Origin: Monocercomonoides exilis PA203
Taxonomy: Eukaryota; Protista; Preaxostyla
Length of the DNA: 64,000 nucleotides
Assembly (NCBI GenBank): GCA_001643675.2
Contig: LSRY02000012.1
Span: 1,426,001-1,490,000, forward strand
Direction of reading: 5' to 3'
The position numbers and the translations under genes are program-made. Each line of letters opens with the position of its first letter. Positions within the stretch are counted from its first letter, which is position 1. Below are positions 17,101-28,470 of the stretch, piece by piece. The notes under the pieces are model-generated. The model was not told the DNA's origin. It saw nothing but the letters and a program-made list of their open reading frames with translations, and did no database searches.

Positions 17101-18197
17101 TGTGTGTGTGCCTTGAATGTTCCAATCACAACAACGGTTCTACCACAGTGGCACATCTTCTTCTCTTCCTTCTCTTCCTTCTCTTCTTTTTCTTCCTCGC
17201 CTTTCTTGCAGCAGCACTCGCAGCACACTGGAAGGCGGGCAAGTCCGCCGTGGATGCACGAATCAGTCCCTATTTTGCCATCTCCGTTCAGCTCCACATA
17301 ATCCTCAAGCACATTGAAGCAGATGTCTTGTGCTTGCACACGGTCAAGCATCCTCCCGCGGTTGTGGTCCTTCTGCTCAATAACCCTTTTTGTCGTGAAC
17401 TGCTCCTCTTCGCTCAGCGCCGGGAGCTCCTTTGGCTTCACCTCCTTGTTCGGGAAAACAAGCAGGCTGAATATTTGCTCAGCAAGCTTGATGGCTTCTT
17501 CCTCCGAGTCCACAAGAAGGTCGAGCTGTCCGTGCTCGTACAAAAATTGTGCCGACTGGAATGCAGGTGGGCACGCTTTGTCGTATTGGTTTTGCTTTTG
17601 GTTGTACATTGTGTTCAGAATAACGCCTGGCCCAGCAAACCCGATTCTTGTTCCCTTGATACCGATTCGCACGTCTGCCTGCATCGCATATGACGCGCTC
17701 ACACCGCCGTATGTGGGGTCTTCAAAAACGGTGATGAATGGGAGTCCTGCCTTTTTGTGTGCAGCTGCTGCAACCGAGACTTTTGCCATCATCATCAGCG
17801 CAACTGTTCCTTCTTGCATCCGGACGCCCCCTGATCTTGTCGAAATCACAATCCCAAGCCTGTTTGCTGTTGCATACTCAAATGCAAGTGTCAGCTTTTC
17901 TCCTTCTGCGCACCCCAGCGAGCCTCCAAACACTTTGAAATCCATGTCTGCCCGCACATATTTCAGACCCTAACGCACAAGCATTCGCATAAGCATGCAA
18001 AAACGTTATGATTCAACAAAAGACTGCTTTCATACCTCGTGCTCCACAACAAACGCTCGAACACCGCAAAGTGTTTCTGTTTTCGCTATCTCTGTCTTTA
18101 ATGCTGCCTCATAGGGCTTTGCACCAAACGAAAACTTCAGAAAATCAGTCGATGCAATGTCCTCAAAAATTGGTTTCTTTATCACTTCTGCTGTCAT
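14148..18197 (-). CDS. Acetyl-CoA carboxyltransferase beta+alpha / pyruvate carboxyltransferase / biotin-carrier fusion (putative transcarboxylase), ~1327 aa; exon 1 18197-18036, intron 18035-17970
   Basis: AccD motifs SGGVRMQEG, PTYGGVSASYAM, IGFAGP. AccA motifs GMATPHGYR, TLVDTVGA, GEGGSGGALG, ISPEGAASIL. PycB/OadA motifs DTTLRDAHQSLLATR, EMWGGATFD, IKDMAGLLKP, HFHTH, HEIPGGQYTNL, KVTPSSK. Biotinylation site AMKM. No ATP-grasp biotin carboxylase domain. Confidence 0.93.
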
Positions 18198-18447
18198 AGC
18201 CGATCAAATATTCAGGTGATCAACGTTCCCTTATTCATAAAAACCAGAAAAATTGCAAAGACATCGAAAACATATTAGTAAGACAGTTGCATTAACAAAT
18301 TATATAATTTCTCACATAATTGAATTTTTCGTTATTAATATAATTGTGGTTTCCAGAAAAATCGAATATTACCATTGCATTTTGAAGAAGTGTGAAATTT
18401 TATCACTCACAAACAGATTTTGGATTTTGAAATATTTTGAATAATAG

Positions 18448-20148
18448 ATGAAAAATCAAAAAAGCAATATGATTGAGACAGGTGCGGTGATGATTGATGT
18501 AGGAAGTTACACAACAAAAATCGGTAATTGTGGAGATATTTCACCGAAATTTATAATTCCATCTGTGTGTCATTTAACATATATTTATTATTATAAATTC
18601 TTTTTTTCTCTATTACGAAAAAATTTTTGAAATTCAACATCTTCATAAAAGTGTTCTGGAATTAAAGGCAAACGAGAAATTGATGCTTCAAAAGAAAATA
18701 CAACGGAAACAGCAAAATCTATAACCTCTCAAAGGGACAGGTTGCAAGATTTCGTCTTTTGCCACGAAAATTTGACATATCCACATCAACAAATGGATAT
18801 TATTTGGGCAATGGAAAATGGAAGCATCAAAAATTGGGACGTGTACGAATCGCTTTTGCGATATGGCATTTATCATAGTCACGCTTTAAATTTTGAGGAT
18901 CTCGAGAGGCATCCTGTGATTATTTCAGAAACTCCATGGAATAAAGGACAGTCTCGAATGAAACAAATGGAAATATTGTTTGAATCGCTAGGAACGAAAA
19001 TGGGTTTTATTGCACGAGCATCGTCACTTGCTGCATTTTCTGCTGGAAGGCCAACAGGAATGGTTCTCGATATCGGACATCATTCAACAAGCATTTCACC
19101 TGTTGTTGATGGCTTTACCCTTACGAGAAATGTTGAACGTTCTGCAATTGGAGGAGAAATGCTTTCAAAGGCACTTACAAAATGGCTCGAAGCGAATGAT
19201 ATTGAAATTGATCCATTTTATGATCGAAAAGGTGGGGATAACACGAAAGGAAAGACTGGAACAATGCACTCTTCATCATCAGCTACTCCTTCATCATCTT
19301 CTGCATCCGCATCTTCCAACCAACCGTTGAACCAACTTCATGACTTATCACAATTCACAAAATCATATCTCACATATCAGACATCATCCACAATCGAAGC
19401 TATAAAGGAATCAACAATATCACTGAAGCCATTGCCAATAGACCCAACAACACTGGCAGATTGCGAAATTCCCTATGAATTACCAGACGGACAGGTGATT
19501 GACATCAACAAAGGAGCTTATCTTGTTAGTGAGACATTGTGGAACCCTTCGTGTTGGGTCTCGTTTGCTGAGTATACAATGAAAAGCGGCATATCTGGTA
19601 CTCCAGATACATTCGGTTCAGGTGCAGGTTAGCAATTGAATCATTAATCAATTTTATTTATTTAATGTTTTTATTTCTATTTTTTAATATATTTAATATG
19701 TTTATCACTATTATTGTTGTTTATTTATTTATTTTCAGCCTCTGCCACTCCTCAGACATCACTTTCCTTTTCGCCAACGAAGCTTCTTTCGTCTATCGAG
19801 GAAATAGGTCTATCCAAGAGCAAAAGTGTCACCTCAACACTCATATCCTGCTTTGAGAATGTCGACCCGACAATCCGAAGGGAATTGTGGGGCAATCTGC
19901 TTGTGGTGGGCGGAGGGTCGTGTGTGAAGGGCTTTTCTGAGAGGTTTGTGCAAGAAGTCGATACACACGCCCCTGCCTCTGTGAGAGTGAAGGTCATTGC
20001 ATCTACCATCCTCGAGGAAAGAAAAGTCGCTACGTGGATCGGGGGATCGCTGTTGGGCTCTCTTGAAAGCTTTACTCAGAAATGGGTGTCAAAGGCAGAG
20101 TATGACGAAGTTGGTCCATCAATAGTTGAAAAGAAATGCTTATGTTGA
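18448..20148 (+). CDS. ARP4: Nuclear actin-related protein ARP4/ACTL6-like (2 introns)
   Basis: GAVMIDVGSYTTKIG..G...PK, HPVIISETPWN, AFSAGRPTGMVLDIG, SPVVDG, YELPDG, IRRELWGNLLVVGGGS, WIGGSLLGSLESFTQKWVSKAEYDE.G..IVEKKC (ARP4-type C-terminus). Confidence 0.85.
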
Positions 20149-20338
20149 TGCGTTCATTTCATCTTCTTTCACATTTCAGAAAAGCACTTCGCCACTTCTT
20201 TTAAAATTTTGGATTTTGATTCTATAAATGTAATATTCATATGACTATTAATATAAATAAATTTTTTTTGATTTTTCGACCCATTATGATTGCTTTCTTT
20301 GTGTGATCTGATCAAATTTTTATTTGAACTTGTTTGTC

Positions 20339-21361
20339 ATGAGCACAGAAAAAATTATTCCAGTTGTCCTTCTTTGCGCACTTCCAGCAAGCGGGAAAAG
20401 CGAATCAAGAGCGTTTTTGCGTTCACTACCTGTGGAAAAGTCACGAGCAGAGTTCAAAATTGGTTTCCCAACAATTCAGCTTGATGACTATCCTTATGTT
20501 GAAATGATGAAATTCTTTGATGCTGAGTTGGAGAAGCAAGGCCAGACAAGACCTTTTTATTACAGCGAGCTTTACACCTTCAAGAATCCATATGTTTGGG
20601 GTGTTCTTGTTGAAATGTTGAATGAAGATTATCATGACGTTATTAACAAGCGTACAATCGAGACAACTACTCCAACAAAATGGATGCTCGAACGTCTTGA
20701 TCGTATTTCTGCTTCAAGAGGGTTACCAAAGCCTTTCGAAAACTATTCCGCTGATGTTATCGCTAAACTCTGTGCTCGCTTTGATGATCATTGTGGCCGT
20801 TTTCTCAAGGAGAAGAATGACTATGCAAAGTCATACTCACCAGAACGTACAATCATCATCGAATTTGCACGTGGTGGAGGATGTGGTGCTGAGCGGTATC
20901 CTGACTTCTTCCCACTTCCAGAGCCTTTTGGTTATCAGTACTCTCTCAAGCAATTTTGCCCAGAAATTCTTTCTGTGTGCGCAATGTTGTATATTTACGT
21001 TACACCTGCACAAAGCTTTGAGAAGAATTTGTCTCGTGCTCCTCCTGTTGGGTGGACTGGATCGACTGATATCTTCCATTGCGTTCCAGATGTTGTTATG
21101 CACTGTGATTATGGCTGCGATGATTTTATGTATTTGCTCAAGCAAAGCGATAAGGACAACACACTTAAAGTACCAGGAAAAGACGGAAAGACTTATTACA
21201 TTCCGGCTGGTATTTTCGACAACAGAGAAGATCTGACAACATTCTGCAGAGGAGATGTGTCAACATGGCCAAAGGATAGTGTAGAAAAAATCTATGCTGC
21301 AATGACAAAAGCTTTCCAGGGTCTTCTGCAGCAATATAAAGTTATTCATCCAGAAATGTAA
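20339..21361 (+). CDS. Uncharacterised P-loop NTPase/kinase-like protein, intronless, 340 aa
   Basis: N-terminal strand plus Walker A-like VVLLCALPASGKSE. Further motifs QLDDYPY, TIIIEFARGG, MLYIYVTP, HCVP..VM..DYG.DD, FDNREDLT. Clean ORF with ATG at 20339. Confidence 0.8.
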   Translation: MSTEKIIPVVLLCALPASGKSESRAFLRSLPVEKSRAEFKIGFPTIQLDDYPYVEMMKFFDAELEKQGQTRPFYYSELYTFKNPYVWGVLVEMLNEDYHDVINKRTIETTTPTKWMLERLDRISASRGLPKPFENYSADVIAKLCARFDDHCGRFLKEKNDYAKSYSPERTIIIEFARGGGCGAERYPDFFPLPEPFGYQYSLKQFCPEILSVCAMLYIYVTPAQSFEKNLSRAPPVGWTGSTDIFHCVPDVVMHCDYGCDDFMYLLKQSDKDNTLKVPGKDGKTYYIPAGIFDNREDLTTFCRGDVSTWPKDSVEKIYAAMTKAFQGLLQQYKVIHPEM

Positions 21362-21682
21362 TTGCTCTCAGCATTGTTAAGAGTGAATTTAATCATTTGC
21401 CCATATATTTCTTACAATAAAAATTAGTGCACGCACCGATTTTGTTTGTATGTTTTTTATGATATATGTAAGAGCGTTTATCCTGTCAATACTTTATTTT
21501 TATCTTTTCATGAACTTTTTATACAAATTAAAACAAAGCACCAACTGAGTTCAATATATTTTCAAAATTTTTTTCTATATAATTGATTTTAATGTCTGCG
21601 GATGAGCTATTTGTTTATCCAAAGCATTCCCACTATAATTTTCATTTTTTCTTGAAAGATTTATCATAAATTTTTTGAGGAA

Positions 21683-22691
21683 ATGAATCAACCAATAACT
21701 GGAAATCAGAGTTCCGATAGTCAGCTTTATAGCGGGGGTTACGGACAGCTTGGAAATGCGAATGAAATTGCTCAACAACAAAGTTTTGGCGGAATCGGAA
21801 CATCAACTGCTCCAGTCTCAAATTCATCAAATAAAAATCTGAATAAAGATAAAATTATGCAGATATTATCATTGGTTATGATGATATGGATGCTTATCAC
21901 TTCTACCTTGTTTTTTACTCACGGAACGTTAGCTTTGATTTTTTATCGTGATCATCTATTCGCGACTCTATTGCTTGCTTTTATTCTTCCGTATGTACAT
22001 TCTAGTATTTTTTCACTCTTTGAAGACATATTTTGTATAAAAAAATTAGAATCGGAAGTCTCATATTATTTGTTTCATGCTTCAACATAAAAAGGATTTA
22101 CAAAGCCTTTCCATTTTTGATGACGAGGTTCCATCGAACTACATTTTCAATACTGTTTGCCAATATTTATACAATTTATGAACCTTTCTTTCTTTATTTT
22201 TTTCTTTTAAAGACTCACTTTTATTGCAGCTGATGTTCATGTACCAATAGCACCAATTTTAACACCATTTTGCGCATTTTGGGGTTTGGGGAGCGCAATT
22301 TTCCAATATGTGTTTTTGTGTATTGTTAAAAGTCCTGAAGAAAAACAGAGATTTGATGTGTGCATTTATAAAAAAATATTTTTTTGAAAATCGCTTTCTG
22401 TTACAAAAAATTTATCTTTTGTTCCTTGTTTAATTATTATTTAACAATTTATAGGACTATAGACTGGAGATATTCTCAAAATTGGAGCTTGTGAAAGAGC
22501 CTTTTACAATTCAACAGCCAGCAGCACATGCATCATCAGAGATTCCACAACAATCTAATGCTTTTTCATTTTCTCAGCCAAATGAAACATTTGGAAATAG
22601 TGGATATTCTCAACCATTCACTTCATCACCAAGTTATGATATTTCTTCATCAAATGCAGCTCAAGGTGGATATGAAAGGCCATCATTTTAA
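21683..22691 (+). CDS. Small multi-pass membrane protein, possibly COPI-associated/Tvp15-like (about 3 introns)
   Basis: Polar N- and C-tails flank 3-4 hydrophobic segments split by GT-AG introns. IYKAFPFLMTRFHRTTFSIL loosely resembles the COPI_assoc F.FL....GRG.F segment. Family assignment is tentative. Confidence 0.45.
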
Positions 22692-22830
22692 TTCTGTAAA
22701 ATGTTATTTCTCTTTTTAATTAATTTTTTAAAGATTTTTATTGACAATTATGAAAATGAATAAACTGAGATTTTCTCGATTTTTTCATTTTCTGTTATGG
22801 CTGTGAGAATGATCTCGGATCGAATAAAAG

Positions 22831-23764
22831 ATGATGTTCAATATCTTTCGTCTCGCTGCAGATTTTTGCCATCTTACATCAAGAATGCTTTTGTTGTATC
22901 AAATATATAAAAGGAAGTCGGCCGATGGTTTTATTTTTTTGTTTTACTAATGGAGATTACAAATCTAATAATTTGAAATTTTTTGCATATGATGCAAAAC
23001 TTCTTTTTTAATTTGTTCAGGCATTTCATTAAAAACGCAAATCATGTATTTGATTGTGTTTTTGACACGATATCTTGGTTTGAATTTGCCATTTTTCAAG
23101 ATAATATTTTTTATGAATATTCTTTATTCAATAACTTCCCTGTCTTTACATTATATTTGCATTTTGCATGCGCTTATATGCTTATTCTTTTATCTGCAAA
23201 AGATCTTTTTTGGAATCATGCTTATTTGTACAACACCATCTTCAAGATTCTTTACATTGCAACAACCATGATAACTGTTTACCTAATCGCAATAAAATTT
23301 AAAAGTTTGAATTTTTGTTGAAGAGCTTTCATATGTGTATATTGAATTTTGATTAAACTTCAGAAACATACAGAAAAGAATTAGACCGATTCCCATTTCA
23401 ATATCTTCTTCTTGGAGCATTCATTCTTTGCTTTATATTCAATTCAAATCATAAAAAGTGGTTTGAATATGTATATGCCTTCTCATTATATGTAGAATCG
23501 GTGTCAATTATACCTCAGCTTGTGCTGCTTGTCGAACAAAGTGAAGTATCAAATCTTACAAGTTATTATATTCTATTTCTTGGTGCATATCGGGGATTAT
23601 ATATCTTGAATTGGATTGTGAGAATAATTACTGAAAGGCATTATAAGGCATGGATTTCATGGGTTTGCGGAATAATTCAAACAGTTTTGTATGCAGATTT
23701 CTTCTACGAATTCTTCAAAGCTAAAAAAATGGGGAAGAAGATGGAATTGCCAATACCAGAATAA
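22831..23764 (+). CDS. ERD2: ER lumen protein-retaining (KDEL/HDEL) receptor, 3 introns
   Basis: MFNIFRLAADFCHL, GISLKTQ.MYLIVFLTRYLDLF, YNTIFKI, FSLYVESVSIIPQL, LGAYRGLYILNWI, GIIQTVLYADFFY, C-terminal KKMELP. Confidence 0.96.
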
Positions 23765-24368
23765 GTCAAATATTCGTTTAAACCTTAATGTTACAACAAC
23801 ACTTGTTTTCATTGAACTGAAATTCACCGTGAAGATAGAGAACTCAAATTTTTTGTTTTTTTTCGTGATTAATTTGACACAAGGAGAAAATAAAAGAAAA
23901 TATTTATACAAATATTTTTCACTCAAGTTCAATCTCTTTTTTTTTTTCTTTTTGCTGCCTTTAACTGCACTTCGCTTGTATATTTTTATTGATTGCATAT
24001 CAGTTTATGCGTTTTAACCCATTATAACGACAATTAACATTTTGTTTTGAAGAAAAACTATTCGACTTGAAGCGAGTGAAATAACACAATCAAGGAAATT
24101 AGGAGTAATCCAACATGCTCACGAGTTTTAGAGCATGCTGGAGCTAATTTCAGAAAACAAAAAAACAAAAACAGATATAATTTTGAAATGTGGAAAAAAA
24201 TGAACTTAAAGGAATTTGAAAAAAATCACAAGAATGATTGCAATGTAACAACTCGAATAGGAAGATAGATTTTAAGAGATGAATAAGAATACGATGACGA
24301 ATTAGGGAAACGTGAAAGATGAAGCAAGAAATATTTAAGTGTTAGTGATGTGTTGAAGGAGATAAACG

Positions 24369-24982
24369 TTATGTTTTCTTCATTTCAGCAAATTGATCAA
24401 AAATCATTTGTCTTTCTTCTCGTTTCAGTTGCTAAAAATTCAATCGCACAAGCATCGAGAATATTAACATACATAATAATTAAAATCAGATGAAAAAGAA
24501 GAGTTGAAAGAGGATAATAGAAAGGCAGAGCGATTAAGAAAAAAAAAGAGAGAGAGAATGTTTAAAATACAATAATTTTTCAATAAATTATTAATTTATC
24601 ATTGAGCATTCAAAAAAAAACAATAATCACACCTTCAATTCGCATATGCGTGTGAGTGTGTCTTTTGTCCCGTCTGGGAAGTATGCCAAAAATGTCTGCA
24701 CCAGACAGTCTGTTGGCGTGGTGACAAGCTGATACGTCGTCTTCGTCTTCGAGAAGCCTTCACGAATCTTCGCTTTGTAACTGCACCATCCAGAATATGT
24801 CGAGAGAAGAGAAGATTCAGACAGAAAATGAGTTATCAATCAATAATTTAAAAAAAAAAAGGTATAAAAATTTACAAAGTTATCCAATAAAATATACAGT
24901 TAATGAAAGAAAATAAAATTCTTTTTCATGTTTGTAATTTTTACCCCTCTCACAAAATCATTCAGTATTCTTCCTTCCTTTC

Positions 24983-25019
<37 letters not shown>

Positions 25020-28000
25020 GTCTTTCTCTCTCTTTCTCTCTCATTCTATCTCAACATACGCCAAATCCGCCGATTTTCCGAGGCTGTCAGGCAGATTAAT
25101 CAGAATCGACTGGATGTTCTCCAAGTCCACCATCACCTGCGACACCGACACCTGGTTGAGCTTCTTGATTTTGCTGAGTATCTGCACAAGCCTGTTGATG
25201 AAGTGGCCCACAAACACGCCCAAAAACCTTCTCCACCGCAAGTCATACAGCGTCGCTGCGCTCTTCGCAAACACGACAGGCAGCAGCTGCGCCAGCTGGT
25301 GCACAAACGGCGACTCCGACGAGGCAGACGAGGAAGCTCCTGAAGAAGACGCGGCAGCTGATGAGTCAGTGAGCTTCGAGATGACACTCGGGATGGTTGC
25401 GATCAGGTCATCCACAGCAGATAAACAGAAGTACGCCAGCCCCTCTTGCCCGACGGAGATGATTTTCGACGCCTTGTCCAGCGGTGCGGTCGCATTCAGC
25501 ATCTCTGCGAACTGCGGCTGGATGTTCTTGGCGATCGTCTGGATGAGCTGCTCCGTCGTCTCGTAGCAGTACATCCCTGTGTTGATGATCACACACGTCA
25601 GTTCTTCTTCCTCCTCAGTCAGCTTCACCAGGTCGTGCTGGTACGGCATCAGAATCGGGCCTGCTGATGACACAGACGCAGAAGAGGCAGAGTTGGAGGT
25701 GGTTGTCTGGAGAAGTCGTTGGATTGCTCTGGAAATTGTTGATAATCATCGTAAAAGTTAATTAAAAAAAAGAAAAAAGAAAAAAGAAAAGAAAAAAAAA
25801 AAAAAAGAGAGAGAGAGAGAGAGAATTTTTATTGAATAATGAGAAATCAATTGATTACAAATGCATGTAAGTTAGATTTTTATTTAAAAAAATGCAATTC
25901 TTAATAGAAGCACAGACCTTGGGTATTTCGCATAGATGTTGTCGAGATACGAGCACAAGTGCAGCATAAACACCAGAGAGATATCTGACATCGTCTTCTC
26001 CCTCGACAGCGACTTTGTGCGTGAGTAGCTCGTTTTGATCCTCTTGAACAGCTTCGCCGCGCTCGCCAGCACTGTCCCTTCTTCGTCCTTGGCTGTCTCT
26101 GAAGAAGACGACACCTCAGTCACCAGCTGCATCAGCTCTTTGTCTTCCTGCTGCACAAACAGGTTCAGATACGGCAGGAACGACGACGACAGCACTCCCT
26201 TGAATGAAGGCGCAAATGGCTCAATCACCTGCTCCCCTGCTTTCTTCGCCCGCTCTGTCCGCGCCAGTCTGGCCAGGCGCTTCTCCTCCATCTCCTTCTT
26301 CCGCTGCTGCATCAGCGCCTTCTCCTTCCTTTTCTGATACTTCCGCCTCACTTGCTCCGCTGTGGTGGCGGGCGCATTCATGTCGATGCTGTCTTCGGAC
26401 TCTTCCTCTTCGTTCTCTTCTTCCCCACCTGCCCCTCCTCCTCCCATTCCTCCTCCTCCGTCTCGCATCGCATCCAGCTTCACCATCACACGCGCCTGCT
26501 CCATCCTGTTCTTCCATTTGTTCTCAGCCTCCTCTTCTTCATCACCACTCCCTCTTCCTTTCCTCTTCTCCTTCCCTTCTTTCCCCTTTCTGCTGTCCTT
26601 CTTTTTCTTCTTCCGCCGAAACCTGCTTTTGCCTGCCAGCGCTGCAAAGTGGCCGTCATCGTCGTCTGAAAACGACCCTTCGTCCGAATCTTCCTCTCCT
26701 TCGTCATTCATCTCGTCGTCGTCGTCAAATCCCTGGTTGTCCTCGTCGCTCTCCAGCTGTATCAGAATAGACTTCATGTAGATGTCCAGGTCCTCCTCAA
26801 ACTCCAGCGTCGTCAGCAGCACTTTCACCAGGACGGCGATGTCCAGCCCTGCCCCGTCGCCGCCTCCGCCTCGCCCGTCGCTCCCGTCTGGCCCGCCAGC
26901 CCGGTGGAGCACGAGATCCAGGTCTTTCTTCGTCTTCTGGCAGAACTCCCACGCAAGATGCGCTGGGATGCACCACAGCGGGGGAAACACGGCTTTGTGT
27001 CTGGGTTTTGGAAGGATTGATGATTTAAATAAGAATTTAAAGAGATTTTTATTTTTTTGAATGGCAAAGCGAATGGAATTATTTTTGTATATTTTTTGAT
27101 TGATTTTATATGAATAAATATAAACGGGGTTTTCAAACCTGTCAACAACTCTGATTGTCTTTTTCAGCCACACGTATCTTTCAGGCACATGCCGAAGATC
27201 GTTCTTCGAACCGCCTGTAAGATAGTCTTTTCCGTAACTCCTCAAAAGATCCTCACATAAAGAATTAGTAATATCCATCCTATTTATTAGGTTTAACAAA
27301 ATATTGGCATACAAAATATAAGTTATGAAAAATCGTTTTGCATAAAAAAATAAGCACACCTTGTGGACTCTCCAAGGAGCGTTGCGCAATTAAAAGCTCC
27401 CCTCATTCTCTTTTCTTCTGATTCTTCTGTGATTTCATCCCAATCTCTAACACTAAAAAAAAAAAGATAAAAATTTACCAAATGAAATAAGTGTTATATT
27501 GAAAAGTATGAAAAAGAAGTCTGAGTGCACCTTCTAATAGATCCTACGATATTTCTCTCAAGCTGTCTCAAAACATCAGTCGAGTCATCAACAAGAGCTG
27601 TTATTTGCGGGATTCTGAACTGTTTGAAAAATGAAATTAATGATTTCATTTGCTAAAAATAAATATTGTTTTTAATATTAAAATATATAGACGATATAAA
27701 TTACAAATGTTTACCTTTAATTGCTCTGGAAGATCCTCATATTGCTGTTTTTCAACAAGTTCTCGAAAAACTTCAAGACCGGTAACTATATTCAAATGGT
27801 TTTCTTAACAAAAATAACAAAGCAATGAAAGGCAATACCGAGCATTTGCAGTTTCTTAAAAGCAGATATAGAGTTTGCAAGACTCTTTTTTTCAAAATCC
27901 AATTGACTGATTTCTACACAAATGCTTTGAACCATTGTCTCCGATTCCTCGCTTTTCGTTTTTATATCTTGTATTTTTTGCCTTAAGTCCTATGTTATGA

Positions 28001-28281
28001 AAGCATATTCGGTGAACAAAAATTACTATAATAAACTGAATAAATACATCAATTGCAGTGTGTGCTCTTTCTAATTGTTCTTTTCCCTTTGAGCGAGACA
28101 GAGATTGTTTTCTCACAGCTTCCGACATCTCGCTGTCAAGTTGGGATATTTTCTCACGCAGAGCACGAGATACTTTATCAATTTCACTCAAACTTTCTTC
28201 AGAAGGAAAAATGCTGTTGACAAAGGCAATGGCATCAAAGTCGTCATTATCAAGGGCAGCCCATGTTACAGATGTTTCCAT
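24369..28281 (-). CDS. VPS53: GARP/EARP complex subunit Vps53, multi-exon, with acidic/basic insertion
   Basis: N-terminal LDNDDFDAIAFVNSIFPSEESLSEID, PERYVWLKK, VFPPLW....LAWEFC..TK.DL, TLEFEEDL, FKGVLSSSFLPYL..FV.QED, CVIINTGMYCYETTEQL, SQVMVDL. Last exon QLKREERQMIFDQF, stop at 24371-24369. Confidence 0.9.
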
Positions 28282-28470
28282 TCTGCCCTTATCTGCGAAA
28301 CGACAAAGTTTGTTAAAAAATCTAATAAAAATATGGGCTGAAATATTTTGTTGCATCTTTCAATTTATTGTTATTTTTAAAGAAACAAAGTCAATTAATT
28401 GAAATGAATGATTTTCGAAAATTATCATGATCAAAAATAACCATTAATTGTTAAAATCGTTAAAGATCGA

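Noticed and set aside
14148-18197. Annotation as canonical pyruvate carboxylase or eukaryotic ACC
   Set aside because: No biotin carboxylase domain, and no room for one before the divergent ARP4 gene 250 bp away.
24125-24141. GTTTTAGAGCATGCTG resembles the start of a type II-A CRISPR repeat/sgRNA scaffold
   Set aside because: Single short imperfect match in eukaryotic intergenic DNA; no array, spacers or cas genes.
25884-27389. 501-aa ORF as an independent gene
   Set aside because: It is the middle of VPS53 read through in-frame AT-rich introns.
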